A stretch of DNA of 64,000 nucleotides from Camelus ferus. Lineage: Eukaryota. Shown here one piece after another: positions 54,601 to 64,000 of this stretch. The notes beneath the pieces were generated by a model. It ran no database searches. It worked only from the letters and a program-made list of their open reading frames with translations, and was not told where the DNA came from. Within the stretch, counting starts at the first letter, position 1. Each line of letters opens with the position of its first letter. A program made the position numbers and the translations under genes. The stretch is from assembly GCF_009834535.1 (NCBI RefSeq), contig NC_045697.1:79052001-79116000 (forward strand). The letters run 5' to 3'.

Positions 54601-57600
54601 ACATTGTTATGTAAGTGGCATTTTCATAGCTTTTTAAAAAATTGTTCCATTCATAAGTACTGTTAAATTGACTATGAGACCAAATCTCATTTTAATACTT
54701 AGTAAGCAATTAATGAGAAAAAGCTAATAACTTTAAGACAACTTAAATCTAACAAAGATGGTTCATATATTTGCCTAGTTCTGTTAGACATACCAGCCAT
54801 TTTTATCTTTATCTTTTCAAATATAACATGGGAAAGATATATAATAGCATAAGCAAATAGAATTTTCAAACTTTCATAAAATTATATAATTCCTTAGCCT
54901 AAGTACAAACTTAAAACACCTATACTAAAATTCAGTTTCAAAAGGGGACATTATGACAAAGTCATAAATGTTGATGATTCAGTAGATTATGGTCAAGCAA
55001 CCAGAACAGCAGTGATAGACCCAGTGCTTTTAAGAATCAGTACTTATCTACTTAGTGCTTTAGATTCTGACAGATGCCTTTGATTTTGTATTATCTTTGC
55101 CTTTCGTGGTTTTGTCTTAAAAGGAAGTGTAACTTGCCTAATGCACAAATGTTCCAGTTCCAATTAGGATCCCTAGTTTGCTTCTTTTGCTTTAGGAATG
55201 AAAGTATGTTACAGTATAAAATCCATTTCTGTACTTTGATGTATAAATGTGAGTATTTGGGATTATGAATATTGATTAACCCTAAAAATAAATAGCAACG
55301 CCTCTAAAAAGGAGAAGATAGAAGAGCAGGAAAGATCTGGAACAATAAATATGAGGAATTGGATGGATAGTTACCAAGAGGTGACTCTCTCCACTTGAGA
55401 GTGTAAAGGAGTACCAAGAATGTTGAGACAGCAAGATTTTATGAGGAGGCATTTGAGCACAATTTTTACCAGCAACAACACTAAGCAGCCTAGAAGAAGA
55501 AGCAGGGAAATTGGTGGCTGCTGAAAGTCAGAGTGCAGAAGAATATGTGGCTATGAATTCATAGCTGAAATGGTAGACTGTGGGTTCTGAATTGCAAAAA
55601 GAAAATAAAGGGCTAAATATATACCTAATCCAAAGGTTTTTAAAATTTATAACTACTTTCTTAATATTTATTTTCACGTATTTGTTTATCACAATATGAT
55701 ACTATCTCCTGGTATTATGCAAATGTAAGACTCCTGCCCTTTTAAAAGAAAGCAACAAGATCTTTTTTAAAACAGGGCTTTCTTTTGAGAGGTCCAGTGG
55801 AATGGTGAAGTAGATTGAGAGAAACAAAATTCTAGTATTTTGTAGGGGAAGACTTTTCAGTCTAAAATCACCCTAAAACTGAATCCAAGCTTGTTTCTAT
55901 CATTGTTCTTCCGCCTTCACTTTTGTCTCTCCATAATTATAGTCAACCAAAATTATGTTACTTCTGAAGGCAGCTTTTCCATAATCATTGAAGCACATTC
56001 CACAATTTTAGAAGTTCATTGTTCATACTACAAAGGCAAGAAAATTTCAAGGGAAAGAAAAGTTGTTTATTTTCTGTCCAGATAAGACACAGGTTTCTCT
56101 CTTAACTGGATGCAATTAGATAAATGAAACAAACAATCAAAAATACTGCCTCAGTAGTGTTCTTTGTGCTCAGTCTTTATGCCAATTTATGTTGCTTTTC
56201 TTCTGGGGAGCAGTGGTGGGATTAAGAATTAGATGTTGGTTTCATTTTTATTTTTAAAGAAAGAAAAATTTTTAATCCTGGTCAAATTGTGTTATGGTTG
56301 AGACCAGCTGCTATACTGTACAGTGAGCTAAATGTAAACATCACAAAACCATTTTAAATGATTTATTATTTTTGCTATATAACTGAATCAAGACAAGTTA
56401 ACTGAACTGTTGAAAAACTGATATATTAAAACAAATAGAATGTGAATGATTATAGGATTCATTTTATATTTGTAAGAAAGCATATAGTGTAGGGCTTTAG
56501 AAAAGAATGAAAATGAGTCTTCGCTCCACCAGTTATTAGGTGAACTTGACTACAGTACATAATCTCTCTTCTGTTTCCTTTACATTTTGAAGATCAAAGT
56601 ACTTAAAGCACTGCCCAGCACATAGTAGATATTCAAAAAATATTAGGGCTTTTAAAATTAATAAATATGTTGTGAAAACCATTAAAAACTTTACTTAAAC
56701 ATAATTTAGTTGTTGCTTTAGATGAAGAAGATTAAAAATCAAAAAATGAATCTTTGCAGATAACGAAATGCTGAAGTAAAGATGTTTTAACCACAGAATC
56801 AGTTTGTAGTATATCAGTACTATAAACACCTATTCTGTTTTATAACAAGACAAAAGCAGTTGAACACTCCATATCACTTTTTAAAATATCATCTAACTAA
56901 ATATTTGAAAGCATTCCATTAGTATTTTTGCCAGCTCTCCTGATAAATTTTTTGACTAAATTGACCTTTTTTGAACTAAATGTCAAGCATTTTGTGACTA
57001 TCAAACATGTCATATTTTGCCTTAAAATATGTTTATTTCATATAAATGTTAACCTTTTTGCTAAGTTGTTAGCTTCTTGAAGTTAAGGATATAGTTTTAT
57101 TTATCTAATACACCAGGAAAGTTTTGTTGAATTAAATTTGTTCTATAAAGTAGAAGTGTTTTTACAGCAAAATAACTATAAATGTTATATTGAATATACA
57201 TGATAGCTTAAAGTAGTTTTATTTGTTCTTATGTGTATTAGTATGTTTTTTCTTTGTTTACTTTTTTTGTTCTGGGCTGCCAGAACAAAAAGTTGGGGAG
57301 TTAGGAAGGAGGAGATGATTTTAATACCCACAGAGCATTCTTGATTTACTTCTGACATTTCTCATCTCTTACAAACTTTTCCAGAGGGTTCTAAATATTG
57401 ATAAAAGCATTTTACTATGCTAAAAATTATTTTTAAAAAATAGATTTGGGTGTAAAATTTAATGTGTTGAAAGAAAGCAACTAAAGAGAAAAGCAGGACT
57501 ATTCTGAGATTTAAATTTTGAGTTAACCTTTCTTAGACTTAATTTTAAAAAATGAGTTAATTATCAGCTAAAGTAATTGCTAGACTCTGCTGAGCAAAGA

Positions 57601-57954
57601 AGGAAAATTACCTCTTTAATGGTTGGTATGAGAGGAAGTAAGACAGGAAAAAAAGCCTTTTTTTTTATTCATTTAAACTTTACATGTAAGTAAATATTTA
57701 AAGACTTTTAAAGAAGTGGGGTGGCAGGTTAGTGGAAGAACTATATGATTAAATAGAACCTCAGAAGTTGAACTTTTACACTCAGAATTTGATTATCACA
57801 GCATATATGAAAAATAATGACTTTTCAGTGTGCTTAAGGTCTGAGGGCTGATACCAGAAAATGAGCTGAGTACCATCCAGGATCCCCTGGCTCACCCTTA
57901 CAGGAATCATCCTTCAATTCACCATCAAAAGTAATTAATGTCCAGAAACAACCA

Positions 57955-60760
57955 TGGCAAGACTTCCAGAACAATGAAGTAAGGAATTCAGCAGACCTTA
58001 TCCCAGCAAAATAGCAATTTAACTGGTGAAAATTACTTAAAACAAAATAATCGTTTAAAATCTTTAGCAATCAAGCTAAGAGCATACAGCAAATGAAGAA
58101 ACAGTCATTAAAGACAATCTGCTAAATCTAGATACAGTGATTATTTGTGGCAGTTAAGCCACACCCTAATCCATTACCTCCCCATCACAGTGCCGTGTTG
58201 TAGAAGCTCCAGCTCCAGCATGTGTAGCCAAGAAGATGAGGTTCCACTCTCCCCCTAACTCCCAGTCTAGGGCTACAGTTTTCACCCTGGAGGGGAAGAC
58301 TTTCTCATCCCTTTCCTCCATCCCCTCCCAGCCATGTTACCGGAAGTCTATTCTAGTAGGTGTGGCAGGAAGGACCAAGTCTCCCTTCTTCAAGCAAATC
58401 CCACCCTAGGCACAGCAAGCTGATAACACTGAGGCCCTATTACCTGTCCCAACTCACTACAGGGTATAGGTTCCACACCAGAAGAGGCAAGCCAAGACCA
58501 AAGGTGCTCCCCACGCCCAGTGCCTGCTTGTAGAGCAAAGTTGTCACCCTAGGAAAAGAGGGCCCCTCCTCCAAACTCCATGCAGTGGTGCAGGTGTTCT
58601 GCCCAGGGAAAAGGCAGACCGTAAAATTAAAGAGTTCTTTGGATCTGCCTGAGAAGATGGACTTTATTTGGAAGAAGGGGTGGGGAACTCCATGCCTAAG
58701 GCTGTTGTTGAAAACAGTACAGGTCTTGATGAAGAACAAGTGAGAGGAGGCTGATAGCACTACAATACATCAAAACAACAGAGCATCCAGAAGTTTTAAA
58801 GAGAAAACCAGGGGAAGAGTCAGCCATGAAGAACCCTCCTGGGATCATAGTCATCGGAGGATCAGGAAGGCAAGTATGCTTTGCTAGGCTGCACCCACTC
58901 AGGAACAATTGTAGCAGGATGTGGTGTAGACTTGAAAGCATTCCCTAAGCTGCGCACAGACCCATCAAAACAGGGCAGAAGCCTCACAGGAACAAGGAGA
59001 TTAAATATAACCTGTGGCCAAACACTGATTGAACAATAAGCTACTCTGACCGAGGGACAACTCCTAGTAAGCAAGGCTCAAAAATGTCGCAGCCACCTCT
59101 GACAGTCTGGAAAATTGTGTTCATGCCCAAGGATATACCCAAGTCTCAGGAAAAGTCAGAGTAGGAACCTTAAAGCTACTAGACCTGGCTGTGAATGTAG
59201 GGCAAAGAAGTAAAATCTCTGAACTATGATAGCAGTCTCCAAGCTACAGATACAGCCAATGGTAAAGAATAAAAATCAACTGACTAAGAGGGCCTTAAGC
59301 ACAACTTTTAACCAATAAATGGCTAGACAAGCTCAGGGACAACACCTAGGTAATGAGGCTAAAATATTAAAACAAGTAGAAAAAATATGAGTAGGAAAAT
59401 CAGAGGCTGTACACTGCAGAGGAATAGACTTTACTGAATTAGTTCAGCCAAGTCACTAAACAAATAAACAAGCAAACAACAACAACCACCATCTCCAGAG
59501 TAGGGGTATGGAATCAGTATCTAATATTGCTAAAATATACCTAAAATGTCCAGGTATTGGCAAAAAAAATGATGAAACCTGGAAAGAAGCAGGAAAGTAT
59601 GATCCACAAATAGGAAAAAAAAAGCAGGCAATAGAAAATGTCTTCAATGGGGCACAGATGATGTACTTGGCAGACAAAGACTTCAGAACAATGATTATAA
59701 ATACATTCAAAGAACTGAAGGAAACATGCTTTAAAAATGAAAGTATGATGACAGTGTCTCATCAAATAGTGAATATTCAGAGAAATTTTTTTTAATTACA
59801 TGGAAATTCTGGAGTTAAAAGTACAGTAACCCAAATGAAAATTATTTGAGTTGGCAGAAGATAAAAATCAGTGAACTTAAATGTAAAGCAATAGAGATTA
59901 TGCAATCTGAAAAACAGAAAAAAGAATGGAAAACATGAACAGAGCCTCAGAGAATTGTGGGACATGATTAAGCACACCAACAAACAAATAATGAGGATAT
60001 CAGGAGAAAAGAGAACAAGACAGAAGAAATCTTCTATGATATAATGGCTGAAAATTTTTCAAACTTAATGAAAAGCATTAAGCTACGCATAGATGAAATT
60101 CAGTGAAATCTAAGTAGGATAAACAAAGTGATCTACATCCAGATACATCATGATTAAAACATTGAAAGACAAAGAGAAAATCTTGAAAGCAGCAAGGGAA
60201 GAACAACTCATCACATACAAGGAAACCCCAGTAAGATCAATAGTTGATTTTGCCTCAGAAACTTGGACAGAAGGCAATAGGACAACACATTCAAAGTGCT
60301 GAAAGTAAAAACCTGTCCATGAACAATCTTATATCCAGCAAAATTACTTTTCAAAAATGAATGTGAAATATTTTCCCAGATAAATAAAAACAGAATTTTT
60401 TGCCAGTAGACCTGTCTTACAAGAAATATCAAAGGAAGTTATAAGGATGAAAACATGTGATACCAGACTTTGAATTCACACACACACACACACACACACT
60501 CTCTCTCTCTCACACACACACACACATACACACAAACACAAATAGCACTGGTGAAGGTAATCATGTAATTACAAACGATAGTATAATTGCTCATCTTCTC
60601 TTGACTGATTTAAAAGCGGTTGCAGAAAACAGTATGTATATAATTGTTGAGCCTATACCGTTGAAATATATTTGACAAGATCAGCACAAAACATAAAGGT
60701 GGAAAAAAACTTGTACTGGAGTAAGGAAATGATACCAAATAGTAACTCACATTCTTAGTT
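57955..60760 (+). mobile_element. Old L1M 5' UTR and ORF1 remnant
   Basis: Starts gacttccag. ORF1p-like AQMMYLADKDFRTMIINTFKELKE; aaagagaaaatcttgaaagcagcaaggga; tatatccagcaaaattactttt. (CA)n(CT)n at 60476-60540. Confidence 0.8.
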
Positions 60761-60967
60761 AGGAATAAAGAGAAGCAGAAAGGGAGGTGTTGAGAAGACA
60801 GTTTGTACACCAGCCAACAAATAAAAGAGATTAGAAAACTGTAAGTGCCTGTTCTTTTCTCTTCTTTTGAGACACTTTCCCACAATTGTTTATGACTAGG
60901 AACCAATATCATTTTCCTGATTCCAGGAGTCCACTTACAAGGACAAAGGGCAGGATTTAGAACAGAA

Positions 60968-60970
<3 letters not shown>

Positions 60971-61003
<33 letters not shown>
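60971..61003. repeat. (GT)n microsatellite, about 16 units
   Basis: Perfect GT run. A similar TG run is at 17283-17306. Confidence 0.95.
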
Positions 61004-61005
<2 letters not shown>

Positions 61006-61794
61006 GGGGGGAGGAAACATACAAACAGATAAGCCTCTTGAACTATTAACAGTATATAATCTTGCCAAGTCCTATGGTTAATGCAATAATGAAAATATTA
61101 TTCTGGGGTTTAATTTTTAATTAACTGATAAAGCACTCTTTATTAGTGTTCTTCACATATTGATTTCCCTGGCATGCAGTAATTGGGATCTTCACTGATA
61201 TTTGTCTCATTACATCTTGCCTAATTTCCGCTAACTATCCATGGAGAATGTGTCCTCCATTTAAAAGGCTTTCCTTGCCCTGCCTCAGAATTTTCCATCT
61301 TATCTAAAAATTCAGGTTTTGGCTTTATAAATGCTCGTACTTTATGACTAAGCAATAAAGAACCTTTTACATACTGAGTTTTAAAATGGGAATAATATTG
61401 CCTATCTAGTATAGTGCCATAGTTGTGGAATCATTCTAAAATTCAATCTTGGTTCTTCCACATAATATCTATATATTATATATCTCTATTTGAGGAAGTA
61501 GTCTCAGACTCACCATGATATACCTATCTCATAGGGTTATTTTGAATTTTAAATAGGGTAACATATGAAACAAGGATAGTAGATGTTAACACAGTGTTTG
61601 TTACCTTAAGCCTTAACATGTGAGTGGAGACGATGCAGAGGGCAGGGTATGTGACTAGAATAGAGCTCATTTTAGGGGACAGTTAGAAAGTAGGCCAAAT
61701 TAGTAGAATGGTTACATCAAACACCTTGTAAGATGTTGTATCTATGATGGAATTGCCTAAAATATGACAGGCACTGAGAATATAAAAGTTAAAG

Positions 61795-62077
61795 GGGAGG
61801 GAGAATTGGAGAAAGCTGGTCAAAAGGTTCAAACTTCCAGTTACAAGATAAATCAGTACTAGGTATGTAATATACACATGATGACTATAGTTAACACTGC
61901 TGTATGATATAAATGAAAGTTGTTAGAGTAAATCCTAAGAGTTCTCATCCCCAGGAGTTTTTTTTTTTTTTCTATTTTTGCTTTCTCTTTTTATTGTATC
62001 TATATGAGATAATGCAAACAAACCTTTTATGGTAAATAGCATTTCACAACATGTATAAGTCAAATCAAAAAAGAAAG
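61795..62077 (+). mobile_element. L1MA-like 3' UTR fragment inserted in L2
   Basis: gctggtcaaaaggttcaaacttccagttacaagataaat...atgactatagttaacactgctgtat...aagagttctcatc, followed by an A-rich end. Confidence 0.8.
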
Positions 62078-62099
62078 AGTTAAGAGGGAAAAACATAAT

Positions 62100-64000
62100 T
62101 TTTGCTTTTTTTGCTGCTTACAGGCCAGTGAAGAAATAAACATGAATCAGATAATCACACAAGCAAGACACAAAATTCATCTGAGATAAGGATAGCTATG
62201 TGGTGTGATAAGTGCATTTAATAAGAAGAGTTTTCTAGCAGAAAAGTCAGGACAGCCTTCCTCAAGATCTGAAGAATGAATAGGAATTAGTAAATAAAGA
62301 GAAGAGGGTGGAAAGTACCAGGCAGAGGGAATAACTTCTCAAAAGCTCTGGGTCAAGGAAAGCAGGTGAGTTTGAGAGACTCAAATTAGGACAGGGAGGC
62401 TAAAGTAGAGAAAGGGAAGGAGGGGTCAGAGTGTAAGATGAGAACAAGTGAGATAGGTAGGTAGAATCATACAGGAAGAAGTAAGTGGATTAGGGAGATA
62501 CTTAGAATTTAAGTGTTAAAAGCAGTAGAACCCACTGATAAATTGGATATAGGAAATTAGGAAAAAGAAGGTTTTGCAGATCATTCCTGGGTTTCTGGAT
62601 TGTAGAAATTAAAGATGGATTTTATTCCTGAGAATCTGTTCATTGAATGAAGACCAGTTTTGAGGAGGAAGATCATAGGTTTGACCTTGGATCTGATGAA
62701 CATTAAAGTATATTCAAGATATCCAAGTGTAACTGTTGAGAAGGCAGTTGAATATACGGGTGCAGAAGAAGGGTTTGAGCTGAATATAGTATTTAAATAA
62801 CTGATTTATTGTTGGTAACTGAAACTGTAAGATTTGGATGAGCTTATGTGGGAAGAAAATATGGAAGAAAAAAAGAGATGAGGGCTTAAGGCCAGAGACT
62901 GAGGATCAATATTTAATAGCTAATTGAGGATGATGAACCGACAGAGCAGGCTGAGAAAGATACAGCCAGAGGGATGAAAACAGAACAGGAGGATGTGATA
63001 TCATATAATTCAAAAGAAAAGTAAAAATGGTTATCATTAATGCTGCTTAGGGGTTGAATAAAATAAGAACTGAAAACTCTCTAACTTATTGATGTGGCAG
63101 TTTATTGGTAACCTTTTCAAGGCCTGTTTTGGTGGTATGATGGGGACAGAAGCCAGACTGGAGTAGGTTGAGGTCTGAACAGAAGATTGTTGGGAGCAAT
63201 TCTCCATGGATCTCTTGCACTGAGAACTTCTGTTCATGACTGTTTTTCAAGGATGTTTGTTAAGTGAACAAACTTGAAAGATAGGAATAGTGTTTCCTTG
63301 AGGAATAGATGGCAGATTTGTTTGCTCTCCAATATAATAAAGATGATGTCTCCCTCTGGGACAAAGGTCAGGCAGATTTGCTTACAGCCCGTTATAAAAG
63401 ATAAGCATTCCCTAAGCTCAGAGTTCCTCAGCTGTGACACAAATCCACTACATGCAGCATCTACCTATGCCACTATCACCCTGTGGGACTTAGGAGGAAA
63501 CCAGCATCAACATGAAACTTGGGCTGCTTCCTGTGGCATGAGTAATAAAGTCCTTTATCTCAGACCCAGGAGGCTTATGTCTTTTGTCAATATCCATGAA
63601 ACCATGATAGGCTAACTTGTTAACATGCAAGTAGGATAAAATATCAGTCCCTTCACAGTTCCTGATAAAGATGAAGAACTGGATACAAGCAAAGTGAATT
63701 ATCTCAAAGAGTTTGATTATGAAGAAGAAAAGGCAAGGCAAAGCTAGAGGACAATGTGGCTTAGATGAATTAAGGGGGAAAGATGTATAAATGTATAAAT
63801 ACTGATGAAAAGGAGCCAATTGAGTGGGGAAGACTGAATAAATATGAGACAGAGGGATAATGGAGAAGGGATACTATAAGGTAGGAAAGGATGTAAGCAT
63901 AAGCATGGGTAAGAGGAAGTGGACAAAGATGGAGGAGTACTTCCTTATTTCTTTATTTGTAACAAAAGAGAATACAAGGAAGATGGACATAAACTTTGGC
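62100..64000 (-). mobile_element. L2 LINE, antisense, interrupted by an ERVL LTR
   Basis: Purine-rich antisense L2 text (ccaggcagagggaataac, agaaggcagttgaatatac, ggggacagaagccagactggagtaggttgagg). Confidence 0.7.
63216..63667 (+). mobile_element. MER76-like ERVL solo LTR
   Basis: gagtaataaagtcctttatctcagacccagga...ggctaacttgttaacatgcaagtagg...cccttcacagttcctgata. Confidence 0.7.

Overview
Mammalian intergenic and intronic DNA, most likely camelid, judged from a camelid-type tRNA-derived SINE and L1 3' ends. It is AT-rich, CpG-depleted and dense in old repeats. The one host gene I can support is FAM241A (C4orf32), recognised from recall of the human N-terminus. Its CpG-island promoter and coding exon 1 (45830-45997, + strand) are present, followed by about 18 kb of intron 1; exon 2 is not seen in the window. 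The most information-rich element is a decayed class I endogenous retrovirus on the minus strand (about 19256-24098). It has a 5' LTR, a tRNA-Ile-like primer-binding site, a tandem-repeat leader, and gag, pro, RT and RNase H remnants. The RT catalytic YxDD segment is deleted, and the provirus is fused to a truncated L1 where integrase, env and the 3' LTR should be. The rest is L1, L2, MIR, CR1, MaLR, ERVL and DNA-transposon remnants plus microsatellites. Several mechanistic scars are visible: a probable short L1 3' transduction, an iterated templated insertion, target-site duplications (TSDs) with reciprocal CpG decay, and nested insertions. I found no convincing evidence of a previously undescribed functional system. 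Repeat family names come from memory of consensus sequences, not from a search, and boundaries of old repeats are approximate.
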